Below are positions 10,525 through 22,222 of a stretch of DNA of 64,000 nucleotides, in pieces (the first letter of the stretch is position 1; each line of letters opens with the position of its first letter). Under the pieces are notes generated by a model that did not search any database, was not told where the DNA came from, and saw nothing but the letters and a program-made list of their open reading frames with translations. Both the position numbers and the translations under genes were made by a program. The stretch covers positions 1,152,001 to 1,216,000 of the forward strand of contig CAVSIV010000001.1 in the NCBI GenBank assembly GCA_963728205.1. The letters are read 5' to 3'. The stretch is from an uncultured Chloroflexia bacterium. GTDB lineage: Bacteria > Chloroflexota > Dehalococcoidia > UBA2979.

Positions 10525-10712
10525 CTTTCTACACGGCTTCCGCCTACATCGCGGGCACGCGGGTGACGGCGCGGGAGATTGCCGCCCTCTACCGGCACGG
10601 TTTGACCGGCGAGCGGATCGGCGAGGAATTCCCGGACGTACCGCTCAGCCACATTCATGCGGCTGTCGCCTACTCCTCGCGAACCGTGAGCGGATCGATG
10701 CCGATCTGAGCG
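10525..10712 (+). CDS. DUF433 antitoxin-like protein, 5'-truncated and frameshifted
   Basis: 'AYIAGTRVTAREIAALYRHGLTGERIGEEFPDVPLSHIHAAVAY'. Confidence 0.7.
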
Positions 10713-11062
10713 CCGAGACCGCTTCTGTCTCGATGAAGACGTGGGTCGCGCGCTCCTGCTCGCGCTTCGTGCGAATGGGATCGACGTGCTCTCGATGGTC
10801 GGGCGGACAGCGCGGGCAGCCGGGCGCCACCCAACTCGCATTCGCGACGGCCAGTGGTCGCGTGCTTGTGACGCGCAACGTCAGCGACTTCGCCGTCCAC
10901 CGGGGGGATGCTGACGAGTGGGCGCACCAAGCCAGCATCATCGCGATCTCCCGCCAGCGATTCGCGGCCGGGCTCCACGCGGCCGCACTCGCCCGCCTCG
11001 CCGCTCGCTTCACCCCGGAAGAGACGACCGGGGGCATGAAGTACCTGAGCAACTGGCGGTAG
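10709..11062 (+). CDS. DUF5615 PIN-like toxin, frameshifted
   Basis: 'LDEDV...LRANGIDVL', 'QLAFATASGRVLVTRNVSDF'. Confidence 0.7.
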   Translation, partial: SAETASVSMKTWVARSCSRFVRMGSTCSRWSGGQRGQPGATQLAFATASGRVLVTRNVSDFAVHRGDADEWAHQASIIAISRQRFAAGLHAAALARLAARFTPEETTGGMKYLSNWR

Positions 11063-11176
11063 TGCGAGGTGGCACCGGACGCCGCCGCCTGGATGCGTCG
11101 CATCCCGTCGTCACTACAACCCGGCGAGGGAATTCCGCCGTGCCCCTTGGCATCGGGAGTACTTGGCAGCAACGTA

Positions 11177-12007
11177 TGGACCGGATGAGCGCGACTCGCG
11201 CGAGCTACGACGCGGACCCGCAGTCCGAGTGGGAACGCTTGGACGGACGGGTGCAGAACCGGATCGAGTATCTGGTAACCATCCGCCGCGCTCGAGCGGC
11301 ATCTGCCGCCACCAGCAGCGCGTGTGTCCGTGCTCGACGCCGGCAGCGGGCCGGGCCGATACACCATCGACCTTGCGCGCCGCGGCTACAGCGTGACCTT
11401 GCTCGATCCGAGCCCGCAGGTGCTCCGTCTCGCTCGTGAACGGGTCGCGGCGGCGGGCAACATGGTGTCCGCCCGTGTCATGGGGATGGTTGAGGGATCA
11501 ATCACCGCCCTCCCAACATCGACGGATCGTACGTTCGATGCCGTGCTCTGCGTTGGAGGTGTGCTCTCGCACCTGCTCGACGCGCGCGAGCGTCTCGCCG
11601 CGCTGCTCGAGCTGCGCCGGGTCGCTAAGCCCGGAGCGCCGATCGTCATCTCCGTGTTGAACCACCTCGCCTCGTACCGGGCGGCGGTGCTTTGGCCGGG
11701 ACTGTGGGACACCTGGGATCCGGCTTTCCTCGGCGACACTCGCACCGCGCCGATTGCGAATGGCGCCCTCGTGTATGAGTTCTGGCCGAGGAATTCGCCG
11801 CCGTGCTCTCTGAAGCAAGACTGACCATCAGAGACGTATACGGCTGTCAGAGCCTGGCAGCACATCTCCCGGCAGCGCGTGGAGACTCTGATGGCGGATC
11901 CACGACGCTGGACGCAGTGCCGCAGCGCGCTCCTCAGCAGAGCCAACGATCCGGGCGTCGTCGGGCTATCTTGCCATCTCATCGCCGTCACTGAAGCGAC
12001 GACATAA
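11177..12007 (+). CDS. class I SAM-dependent methyltransferase, frameshifted
   Basis: 'EWERL', 'VLDAGSGPGRY', 'FDAVLCVGGVLSHL', 'ELRRVAKPGA'. Confidence 0.8.
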
Positions 12008-12020
12008 GCGGCACCGTCGC

Positions 12021-12497
12021 TCAGCGGAGCAAGGCGACGACGCCCCCGAGCGCGAGCCAGGGCGCGTATGCGATGAGGATCCTGGCGCGCTCCCGGCGGA
12101 GGACCAGGATGATGCTCGCGGCGATGCCCCCTGCGATCGCGGTTACGATGCCGGCGACGACGATGCCGCGTATCCCCACCACCGCGCCCACGAGCGCTGC
12201 CATCTTTACGTCGCCCCCACCGAGCCCGCCCCGACTCAGCCCGCGGATGAGCAAGGCGACGCAGAACGCGATGAAGGCAGCGGCCACGCTCGCCAGGAGA
12301 TCACCGTGTGGTCGCACTACCGAGAATACGAGCGCGAGGACGATCGCCGGATAGACAACAGCGTTCGGGATCCGCTGGTAGCGCAGGTCGCACCACGCGA
12401 GCCACACGAGGCCCCCGCCGAACAACACGATCGCCGCGGTCTTCCAAGGGTCTCCGCTCGCGGAGGCCTCGAGCATCTTCAGCGCGCTACTCGCCAT
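12021..12497 (-). CDS. cpaA: A24 prepilin peptidase (CpaA/TadV)
   Basis: 'DLRYQRIPN', 'GLGGGDVK', 'IAYAPWL'. Confidence 0.9.
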   Translation of the reverse strand: MASSALKMLEASASGDPWKTAAIVLFGGGLVWLAWCDLRYQRIPNAVVYPAIVLALVFSVVRPHGDLLASVAAAFIAFCVALLIRGLSRGGLGGGDVKMAALVGAVVGIRGIVVAGIVTAIAGGIAASIILVLRRERARILIAYAPWLALGGVVALLR

Positions 12498-15400
12498 CCC
12501 GCTCGCCGTTCAACAGCTGCGCGAGCAGTTCGCTCGTCTCTGGCGACGGCGCCGCGCCGGGGTCGTCGAGCTCGCGCTGGACCGCCTCCGACAGTGCTCG
12601 GTAGGCCTTGCGTGCGCCGGCGAGATCCCCGTCGTCCGCGAGGGAGCGCATCAGCCTGCGTGTCGTCCCCTCGTCGATTGGCTCGACCGCCAGGATCGCG
12701 CGGTAGAGCCCGGCGGCGCGGTCATGCATGCCGAGGCGCTCCGCGATCACGGCGCCCTTCCGCGCGGCCTCGAACAGCTGACCTCGATACGTCTGGCGGT
12801 AGTCATCGACCCAGCTGAAGAACTCGCCGCCGAGGAAATCGCCCTCGTACAGGCTGACGGCGCGTTCGTACTCGGCCAGCGCCTCGGCGTCCCGCAGGTA
12901 GGCCGCGCGCCTGATCGCACCGTCGAAGACGTCGAGATCGACGTCGAACTCCTCCGCTGCGAGGTGCATGCGTTGCTTGACGACGACAACCGACCGGAGC
13001 CGCTTGTTCCCTGACGCCTTGCGCAAGGTGGAGCGGAGCATGCTCACCGCGTTCGACATCAAGTGTCTCGTGCTCGCATCCCAGCTGTAGTCCGGCCACA
13101 GCGCTTCGACGACCTGCTCGCGCCCCACCCACTGACCGCCATGAGCGAGCAGGAACGCCAGCAGTTCCCGCGCCTTGAACAGCGTCCATTGCTCGACGGG
13201 TTCGTCCCCGGCGAAGACCGCGAAGCGGCCCAGGCACTGCACGCGGATACTCGCCTCCGAGCTCGCTACGTCCGTGGCCTCTCCGCTGGCCTCACCTCGT
13301 CCAAAGAGCGCCGCCTGCCTCGCGCCCGCGAGCCTCGGCCCGGGCGCGGCTTCTGCCCCAGGGCGACTCTCGCTGCCGACTTCCGCGGCCGTTGCGGCCG
13401 TCGCGACGAGTTCATCCCTCGGCTCGCTGTCGTTCCCGCAAGACGCCTCACTGCACGGGGGCTCGTCGGCCACGAGCTCTTCGCCCAGCGCTGCTTCGCC
13501 GTCCGCGCGCTCCGCCAACTCGCGGCTGTCGGGAGTCGCGTCGTGGGAGCCACCGTCGGCCGTCCGATGGAGTTTCAGGCGTCGGTTGGTGCAGATCCGG
13601 AGCGTCGCCAGCCAGCGTGACGCCGGCGGGTCTGCGCGCCCTCCTCGCCTGGTTGGCGGGCTTCCTCACTGCTCGCCTCTGCCCTCACGTCGCAGTCGTC
13701 GCGGTCCGCTTCGTCGGGCCCCGTGTCGATCCACCGGGTCCTCTGAACTCGGGGCCGATGACCCGTCCGGTGGCGTGCTGCTTCCTGACTCGGGTTCCGG
13801 CTTGACCGTCGACGTCGCGCCATCGCTCCTGGTCGCTAGCAGGCGCCAGCTCGGGCGGCCACAGCGCCCAGCGGCTCTGCGCCGGCCGCGAGGCGCGGCG
13901 ACGCATCGCGGCGGACGGCGACGGGATGAAGGAGCAGCGGCTGCTCGCGACCGAGGGTGAGCGCGATCGGTCCGGCCTCCTCGTCGGCCGTCTCGTCTTC
14001 GGCTTCGTCGTCGGACGTGCGGAAGTTCACGGCGGCCCGCCAGATCGACGCACGCGCTGCCGCTTCCTCGGCTGGCACACTCACCACCGCGAACACGTCG
14101 GCTCGTGACGCGTCGCTCAGCACCGCCTCGAGCGCGGCATCGCGGTCCGCGGGCGGAGCATGCGACCACGACGAGCGGCCGGTCCCCGCCGCCACTCCCC
14201 CGCGATCGCACGAGCTCGCTGAGCTCTTCGACGAGCTCGCTGGCATCGATAGGCGGCGCCCCGCCGACGTGCGGCACGTCGGCCGCTTCGCCGAGAAGCG
14301 CTGCGGCGCCCGTGTCCAGGCGGACGCTCAGCTCCTGCGGCTGATGCGTCGTGGTGAGCGTGGCGAGCCAGGCTCGCAGGAGCTGGCGGCGTTCGAATCT
14401 CGCTGCCGGCGACCGCGACGGTGCCGGCCGCAGCGAGGTTCAGGTACACCGGCCCGTCTCGTCGGCTCCGACGGGTACGACGAGCGCGGCCGGGCCACCG
14501 CCTCCGAGCCCCTCGTCGAGCATCGCCGCGAGCCGCTGGAACCCGTCGACCGTGAGCGCCGCCTGCGTCCGCCCAATCACCTCGGCGTCAATCTCGCAGC
14601 GCAGTCGGCGTTCGAGGTCGTGGCGCTGGCCGACGAGCGCCTCGGCGTCTCCGTCCGGGCACTCCACCGTGAACTCGAGCCGGCTGCCCGCCTCGTGCAC
14701 GAGCAGCGGCCGCGCCCTGGCGAACCCGTAATCAGCGAGCGCGCGGGCGACCGCCCGGGTCGCGAGCGTCACGCGTCCGGCGTCACCCGCGCCTCCGCGT
14801 CCTCGGCCACGCAAGAGAGGCGCCCCCTCGCGCACGAGCCGCCGCACGAAGACCGCGGTGCCGCCGATGAGGATGAAGCCGGCGACGGACACGAGCACCG
14901 CGGGCGCGACCGATGGCCACTCCCAGCCCCGGCTGACATGCGCTTCCCCGCCACTCTGCGCGTGCGTCGCCCCGCCCGTCGCCCGTGAGCGCGTGGCGAC
15001 TTCTGCGGTAGCGGTCGGAGTGGGACTGCGCGCCGGCGCGACGTCGTTCGGCGACGCGCTCGTCACGTTCGCGGGCAGATCGAGCGTCCACCCCGGGAAG
15101 ATGAGGTTCGGATCCGTGAAGCGGCGGCCGTCGGGCATCTCGCGCCCGCGGTTGGCCTGCCAGATCTCCATCCAGCGGAAGCCGTCGCCGAGGAACCGCG
15201 CAGCGACGCCCCATAGGCTGTCGCCCGGGCGCACGCGGTAAGTGGTCGCGGCGGCGGCCGTGCTGACGTTCCCCGCGGGTAGCGGCAGGCGGAGCACCCA
15301 TCCCGGCTGGATCAGTCGCGGGTCGTCGAACCGCTCGCCGTCCGGCATGAGGCGGCCGCGGTTCGTCTCGACGATGTCGACGAACCGGCTGCCGTCGCCG

Positions 15401-16026
15401 TACACGCGTCGGGCGATGTCCCAGAGGAAGTCGCCGCGCGCCACGGTGTAGTCGAGGAAGCGTGGCTGTTGCGAGAGTTGCGCGTCGCTTTCGGCCAGCG
15501 GCAAACGCCCGACGGCACCGCCCGTGGCGCCAGCGCCAGCGTGGCCGAGATCGTCGTCGGCGCCGGCGCGGCGGTTGCGCGCGGCGCCGTTGGTGCCCAG
15601 CTGGCGACGAGGAGAGTCGCCGCGACTCCGCCGTCCACCAAGCGCCTCACTGCCGGAATCGTCACCAGCTCGCTCAGACTGCATCCCGACGCGCGCCCAG
15701 CTCGCGCCACCACTCAGCGCGTCGAGCGTCGCGACCACGAATCGCAGCGCGGTGGTCAGTGCGAGGTATCCGAGCGCGAGCCACGCAATCGTCGTCGCGA
15801 CCGTGATGATGTCCGCGTCGCTGAGCTGGGAGCCGGCCAGGACGTGACGGATGTACTGCCAGTCCGGCGGGGCGGCGGCGAACCGCGGTGTCCCGGTCAT
15901 CCTCCAGAGGCCGAGGGCGAGCAGCGACGCCAGGGCGAGCAGCGTCACCATGCCCAGCGCGCTCGCGGCTCTCGGGGCCGGGTCCGCCGTTCGCATGGAC
16001 GGGTGCTGCCTATGCGTAGTCGCCAT
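12487..16026 (-). CDS. membrane LysM-LysM / FtsK-like / wHTH-BTAD (SARP-type) protein, about 1180 aa, several frameshifts
   Basis: TMs; two LysM repeats 'YTVARGDFLWDIA...IQPGWVLRLP' and 'YRVRPGDSLWGVA...IFPGWTLDLP'; C-terminal 'VQCLGRF...ARELLAFL...LWPD' and BTAD 'YEGDFL...EPIDE...LMR...APSPET'. Confidence 0.8.
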
Positions 16027-16045
16027 CGCGGGCTCCGACTCCGTG

Positions 16046-16945
16046 CTACCGCGCGGCGGTCAGCACTGACTGCACCTGCTGGACCGGGTAGTCGCGCGCG
16101 AACGACCGCGAGACGGAGGCGAGCGGTGCCCAGGAGCCACCATTGACGCGGTAACGCGCGCTGAACGTGATCTCGAGCCGCACCGTGTAGGCGCCGCTCG
16201 CGGCCAGCGAGGACTGCTCATACGTGTGTCGAATGTCGCTCTCAGCCGGATAGGCCTGGCCGAGCGATTGGGTGGCGAGCGTCGCCCCGTCGCCGAAGCT
16301 CCACTGGTAGCTCTGCGGCGCGATCTCGACCTCCACCGTCGTAAGACCGAGCGTGCGCGATCCACGCAGCCCTGAGCCGTCGTAGCCCTCGACCCAGAAC
16401 CACGAGGGCATCGCGACGAGCCCGGTCGTCGGGTTCATGCCGACTTGGATCGGCGGGAGCGGCACGATCCCGAAGACGGAGTCCACGAGCGTCGCGGGAT
16501 CAACGGCCGGCGCCGGCCCCGCGACCTCCGAGACGCTCGGTGTAGTCGCGCCGGTCGGGACCCACGCGATGCCCGCCGTACCGTCGGTACAGCTCACGAA
16601 CCACGGCGTGCTATTTGGGTGCGCATCCGCGCCCTGCCGGAACCAGTGCGTGTCCGCGATGCCGATGTTCATCGGCGCTGCGTCGCACGCCGGTCCTTGC
16701 GTGCCGTTGACCCGTTGCGTGGAGCCGCCATCGGCGTGGCGCCCGGGCCGTGTGCTGGCTTGTTGGATGTAGATCGTCACGCCGTCGATCCGCTCGCCAC
16801 ATGAATCCGCCCTTGGTTGGCGCCAGGAGTTCCGCCGAGCCGATTTGTAGGGGCCGTCTGCAGCAGCGGTCTGCGATCACCAGTGCCATCGCCAGCACCC
16901 CGAGCGCACGAGCCTGCGAGCCGACCGGCGGCGCGCGGCACTCAC
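16046..16945 (-). CDS. secreted protein with PKD-like C-terminus, frameshifted
   Basis: 'GLVAMPSWFW', 'YQWSFGDG', 'HTYE', 'YPVQQVQSVL'; lies inside the Tad operon. Confidence 0.65.
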
Positions 16946-16961
16946 TCCTCGCGCACGCTGC

Positions 16962-17532
16962 CTAGGAGTCGACCTTCCAGAGGCCATCGACCTCGGACGA
17001 GCTTGAAGGTGTCCCGCAGCGACTGCGCTGACTTCCGATTGCCAGTCGGAGGGTTCTTCGTGACCGCGTCGACACGTAGCTGTTGTTCACGTATTGGTCG
17101 ATGACCGTCGGCGCTGTCCTCCGGCAACCTCGAGGCCACTGACGGAAGTCGTGCTTGACGACGACGCGCATCGGCGACGCCCTGACCTGCGCAGAGTCGC
17201 GAATCTCGTCGAGCGATCCGCTGGAGGCGCGTCTCCGGTCAGCTACCGCGTGGACGGTGCGAGCCATCGAGATCGGAGCAAGGCGCTGCTGTAGGCGCCC
17301 CAGTAGGCGAGGTACGCCCGCGAGACGCCGCGCGGAGCTCGTCGACCGTCGGAGTTCCCGTCGATGCCGGCATGTCGGCGGGTTCTGGCGTCGGCGGTAC
17401 GCGAGGCCGTAGGAGTCGTCGCACTCGCTTCACCGTCGGGCGTGCATCGCCCCCACCGCAACCCGCGATGATCGCGCACATGACTGCGACCACGACCAGC
17501 ACGACCCATGAGCGAGTGCGGCGCATCGACAT
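16962..17532 (-). CDS. lipoprotein, frameshifted
   Basis: Lipobox 'IIAGC'; 'AYLAYW' helix. Confidence 0.55.
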
Positions 17533-17534
17533 CG

Positions 17535-17973
17535 CTACCGTCCCGTCGTGATCCCGGCACGCGGCCGCGCGCTCGCCTGCGCCTCAATCGACACGCCGTC
17601 GATGCCGAGCACGCGCAGGAATGCGGTGTGCGCCGAGCGCTTCACGTCGACGATGACGCCGTCCGCCGTCGCGTCGATCGCGTAGTCGGCGGTGCTCGTG
17701 GCGAGGTAGTCCGTGGCAGCCGCGCGCGCCGCTGCCGGGTCGAGCACGACGTTCGAGCCGTTCGATGCGCGGTAGGCGTCCTGGTCGATCTGCATGGCAC
17801 CCGCGGCCGCCGCGGCGTCCGCGAGGCCCTGCAGATCCCGCCGCTGCACGAGCACCATGCCTCCGTCCGCGACCAGGCCCGCGACGGCCACGAGCCCGAG
17901 CATGAAGATCGCTACGAGCACCATCGCCTGGCCCGCGCTCCTCCCGGTGCAGTCCTTTCAGCCATCGGGTCAC
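17535..17973 (-). CDS. tadG: TadG-like pseudopilin
   Basis: 'ERGQAMV', 'GLVADGG', 'LQGLADAAAAAGA'. Confidence 0.8.
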
Positions 17974-18419
17974 GGCGCCGCCGCCGTCCGGCTGCGATAG
18001 AGGTCGACGCGCTCGGCCTGCGTGCTCGACACCGTCACAGCGAGCGTCCCGAGCAGCGGCAGGTCGCCCAGTCCCACCCGGTAGGATGCGCCCGCGCTCA
18101 CCGTCCCTCCCCTCGCAAAGCTGCCGGCGTCGATAGTGAGCCCGACCTGGTCGGGCGAGAGCCCATAGCCGCCGGCGACCTCCCGCGCTCGTGCCTGTGC
18201 CGCGTCGATGCCATCCGCTGCGGACGCGGAGGTCGCGAGCGTCCGCGCCGCCTCGCGCGCGACCGCGTGCACGCCAATCTCCGCCCGCGCCACGCGCCCG
18301 ACCATGACGACGACGAACGCGATCACGAGCACGACGGGGAGCACGAGCGCGGCCTCCACGAGCGCGCCCCCGGACTCGTCGGCGAGCATCCGCCGCAGCG
18401 CGGTGAGGTCATGGACCAC
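17970..18419 (-). CDS. tadE: TadE-like pseudopilin
   Basis: 'DESGGALVEAALVLP', 'AREAAR'. Confidence 0.85.
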   Translation of the reverse strand: MVHDLTALRRMLADESGGALVEAALVLPVVLVIAFVVVMVGRVARAEIGVHAVAREAARTLATSASAADGIDAAQARAREVAGGYGLSPDQVGLTIDAGSFARGGTVSAGASYRVGLGDLPLLGTLAVTVSSTQAERVDLYRSRTAAAP

Positions 18420-18832
18420 TGCGGAATCCCTCCTTGCGCACCTCCGACGTCGCGTCAGATCGGGATCGCCAGCCTCGTCACCCACGGGATGAAGAGCGGG
18501 TACGTGCCGCGCGCCTGCGTCACCACGACGTCCCCGCGGTCTTCGGTCGTGACCGTGAACGCTCCGCTCGTCGCGCCGAGCCCGGCCTGGAGCACCGACT
18601 GCGTGCGCGTCGCGCCGTCGGTGAGCGAGCCGCCGTCGGCCGCGGCGATGCGCGAGCCCTCGGCGGCGGCGGTCGCCGCGACGTTCTCGGCGTGCTGCAC
18701 GAGCGCGAACTGCACTGCGCCGAGCAGCGCGATCAGCAGGACCGGCAGCGCGATCGCGAGCTCGACCGTGCTCGCGCCCGACTCGTCGCGCAGCCAGCCC
18801 GCGCGCCTAGATGCTGCCGAGCGCCGTGACAA
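18410..18832 (-). CDS. tadE: TadE-like pseudopilin
   Basis: 'DESGASTVELAIALP', 'AAAEGSR'. Confidence 0.85.
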
Positions 18833-18992
18833 TGTTGCCGAACACTCCGGCGATCGTCGTGCCGAGCGTCTGCACGGCGGCCAGGGCCACGACCGCGATC
18901 AGCGCGGTGACGATCGCGTACTCGACCATCTCCGCCCCTCGTTCGTCTCGGTGGAGTGCGCGCGCTGCCGCCAGAACCAGCTCGAGCATCAC
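18807..18992 (-). CDS. flp: Flp type IVb major pilin
   Basis: 'RDERGAEMVEYAIV' Flp motif, hydrophobic helix, strong GAGGAGG RBS. Confidence 0.92.
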   Translation of the reverse strand: MMLELVLAAARALHRDERGAEMVEYAIVTALIAVVALAAVQTLGTTIAGVFGNIVTALGSI

Positions 18993-19018
18993 GTCCTCCT
19001 CTCCTCGTCACATGGGTT

Positions 19019-19957
19019 TCAGCGCAGGCCGAGCAGCTCCACCCCGGCGGGGTAGAGCAGCACGACCAGGAACACCGGGAAGATGAAGAGCGCGACCGGG
19101 AACAGCATGCGCACCGCCCCCTTGCCGCCCTCCTCGATGAGGTCTGTGCGCCGTCGCTCGCGCACGGTCTCCGCGAGCGCGAGCATCGCCGGCGCGAGTG
19201 GGAGCCCCTGCGCGTAGGCGAGGCGCCACGCATCGGCGAGCGAGCGCAGCTCCGCGATCCCCTCGCGCTCGGCCAGCGCCTGCAGTCCGTCGGCGTAGCT
19301 GCCGGTCCCGAGCCCCGCCTCGCGGACCACGCCGCGCAGCGCGTCGCCCAGCACGCCGGTGAGCTGCCGGCCGGCCTCGACGAGCGCCTGCTCCGGCGAG
19401 AGCCCCGCGCTGGCCGCGATCACGAAGAGGTCGAGCGCGACCGGCAGCTCCGCGCCGATCGCCCGGCGGCGCTCGCGCAGGCGGTCGTGCAGCATCCAGC
19501 TCGGGGCCGCGAAGCCCGCCACGAACCCGCCGGCCCACCACCACACGGGCCAGGTGCCGAAGGGGTGCACGCCGAGCAGGTTCATCGCGGGGAACGCCGC
19601 CGCCGACCACGGCGCCGCACGCCGCCTGCTGCCCGCGGAACTGTGCCGGCCGTCGTCCCCGGCCAGGCGAGCGCGAGGCGACGATCGAGGTCGCCGGCCT
19701 CGAAGCCGAGGCGGCCGGTCACGCGCACGAGCAAGGCGCCGGCGTCGTCGAGCACGGGCCGCAGCACGCGCTCGAGCAGCGGCGAGCGGAAGCGCGGCGG
19801 CCGCGCGGCGGCCTGCGTCGAGCTCCATCCGGCCCTGCGCCGAGAGCCGCCGCAGCCGCTCCTCGAGCGCCGGGCGCGGCCGCCCCAGCGGCTGCGCCAT
19901 CACGAGCAGCCACAGCCCGGCGCCGAGCGCGCCGCTGAGCAGGAGCGCCGGGGTCAC
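19019..19957 (-). CDS. tadC: TadC (T2SSF family), frameshifted
   Basis: 'ELPVALDLFVIAASAGLS', 'MLFPVALFIFPVFLVVLLYP'. Confidence 0.85.
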   Translation of the reverse strand: MTPALLLSGALGAGLWLLVMAQPLGRPRPALEERLRRLSAQGRMELDAGRRAAAALPLAAARARAAARARRRRRLARARDRPPRLRGRRPRSSPRARLAGDDGRHSSAGSRRRAAPWSAAAFPAMNLLGVHPFGTWPVWWWAGGFVAGFAAPSWMLHDRLRERRRAIGAELPVALDLFVIAASAGLSPEQALVEAGRQLTGVLGDALRGVVREAGLGTGSYADGLQALAEREGIAELRSLADAWRLAYAQGLPLAPAMLALAETVRERRRTDLIEEGGKGAVRMLFPVALFIFPVFLVVLLYPAGVELLGLR

Positions 19958-20809
19958 CGGAGCACCCGCCAATCGGTGGGCAGCGCCGCCGCCCGGCGCA
20001 TCAGCGCGTAGCCGGCCGCCACGCTCAGCAGGCAGAGCGCGAGCACCGCCTGCCCCCCGGGGGACGAGAAGACGTCGAGGTAGCCGGGGTTGCTGGCGCG
20101 GATCGTCACGATCAGCACGAGCGGCAGCGCCGCGATCACCCGCGCCGAGAGCACGTGCTGCGCCTGCTGGGCGCGCACCTCGCGCCGCACCTGCAGGCTC
20201 GCGCGCACCGAGCGCCCGAGGCCGTCGAGCACCGCCGCGAGGTTGCGGCCGCCAAGCCGGTAGGCGGTGAGCAGGGCCGCGACCAGCACGTCGAAAAGCG
20301 GGTCGGCCACCCGGTCACGCGTGCGCCGCGCCGCCTCCTCGAATCCCGAGAGGCGGGCGTCGCGCTCCATCGCCTGGAACTCGCGCCGGAGCGCCGCGGG
20401 GCCGGTGCGCCCGAGCGCGTGGATCGCCTCCTCGAGCCCCAGTCCCACGCGCACGGCGTCGCGCAGCGCGGCGACGGCCTCGCCGACGGCTTCCTCGACC
20501 TCGGCGCGCTCCCGCGCCGCGCGCTGGCCGAAGTACCAGGAGGGGAGCCCCAGCCCGACCGCGGTCGCGGCGAGCGTCACCACGGGCCAGCCGAAGCACG
20601 CCTGTGCGATAGCGCCGGCGACCGTGCCACTGGCTGCGCTCGCCAGCGCGAGCTCGCGCAGGCCCACACCGGGGACCGCCCGAGCGCGCCAGCGCGTCGC
20701 GCAGCCGGCGGCGCGCCGCGTCTCGCTCGCCGCCGCCCCGCCGCCCGGTGGCGGCGAGGTAGATCAGCAGCACGCCGGCGCCGAAGGTCATGCTCAGCAG
20801 GACGTTCAC
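19954..20809 (-). CDS. tadB: TadB (T2SSF family), frameshifted
   Basis: 'LRDAVRVGLGLEEAI', 'GGRNLAAVLD', 'SARVIAALP'. Confidence 0.85.
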
Positions 20810-20829
20810 GGCTCCCTCCTCAACGCCCC

Positions 20830-20915
20830 ATGGTCCCCGCGGCAGGTCCCAGTACGGTCCAAGACCGCACTCAGATCGCACCAATCGCTCCAAGATCGCG
20901 CCAGGATCGCACTCA
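20830..20915 (-). promoter_or_regulatory. 11-bp-period direct-repeat promoter, copy 2, internal to the tad locus upstream of tadB
   Basis: Minus strand TTGGTGCGATCTGAGTGCGGTCTTGGACCGTACTGGGACCT (20884-20844), 8 nt, then GACCAT. Confidence 0.75.
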
Positions 20916-20951
20916 CCCGGCCAGGAACCCGCCGAAATCGCACGGCGCGCA

Positions 20952-22221
20952 TCAGCCGCCCCGCTCCGGGCCCGGGTAGCCGGCCGCGAGCAGCCGCGCC
21001 TCGCGGCGCGCGCGGATGCCCGTCCAGCGCAGCACCCCCTGGTCGAGCGCGAACAGCTCGTTGCCGGCCACGGCCTCGCCCTCCATGCCCGTGACCTCGT
21101 AGACGCTGGCCAGCACGCGGCGCCCCGACGGGGCGAGCTGCAGGTGCAGCACGAGCTGGATCGCCTCGGCAATCATCTCGGTGAGCGCCTGGGCGGGGAG
21201 CGCTTCCTCGGCCATCAGCGCATAGGTGCGCAGCTTCGTGAGCGCCTCGCGGGGGCCGTTGGCGTGGATCGTGCACATCGAGCCCTCGTGGCCCGAGTTC
21301 ATCGCGGTCAGCATGTCGAGCGCCTCGCCGCCGCGGACCTCGCCCACCACGATCCGGGTCGGCCGCATGCGCAGCGCGTTCTGGACGAGCGCGCGGATCG
21401 CGATCGCGCCGGCGCCCTCGACGTTCGCCGGGCGCGCCTGCAGCGCCACGCAGTCGGGCAGCACCGCCTCGAGCTGGAGCTCGGCCGTCTCCTCGATCGT
21501 CACGACGCGCTCCTCGAGCCCGGAGATCGCCGAGGCCGAGGGCGTTGAGGCAGGTGGTCTTGCCGCTGCCGGTGCCGCCGGAGATCAGCATGTTCAGCCC
21601 GGCGCGCACGGCCGCCTGGAGGAAGACCGCGGCCTCCGGGGGCAGCGTCTCCAGCGCGACCAGCTCGTCCAGCGAGCGCGCGCGCAGCAGGAACTTGCGG
21701 ATGGTGACGTGCGTGGCGCCCGAGGTGAGCGGCGCGATGACCGCGTTGAGGCGCGAGCCGTCGGCGAGCCGGGCGTCGACCATCGGGCTCGTCTCGTCGA
21801 GCCGGCGCCCCAGCGGCCCGATCGCGCGTCGCACGAGCTGCAGCAGCTCCGCGTCGTCCTCGAACACGACGTCGGAGAGGCGCTTGCGGCCGCCGGCGAT
21901 CGCGAACACGCGCTCGGGGCCGTTGACGATGATCTCCTCGACCTCGGGGTCGTCGAGCAGCGGCTGCAGCGGCCCCAGGCCGAGCAGGTCGTCGAGCACC
22001 CGGCGCACGAGCGCCTCGGGCTCCCCGACCGGCGGCTCGCCGAGCGTCGCGGCGCGACGATTCGCGGCGGCGATGCACTCGAGCACGAGCCGGCGCGCCG
22101 CCTCAAACTCCACGGGTCCGGGCGCGAGCAGCGCCTCGACGTCGAGGGTGCGCCGCAGCTCGGCCTGCACCTCGCCGCGGATCGCCCGCTCCCGGGCGTC
22201 GGCCGCCGCGAGCGTCACCAT
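20952..22221 (-). CDS. cpaF: CpaF/TadA pilus assembly ATPase, frameshifted near 21530
   Basis: '[22 protein letters not shown]', 'GGTGSGKTT', 'TIEETAEL', '[16 protein letters not shown]', 'AMNSGH'. Confidence 0.93.
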
Positions 22222-22222
22222 C

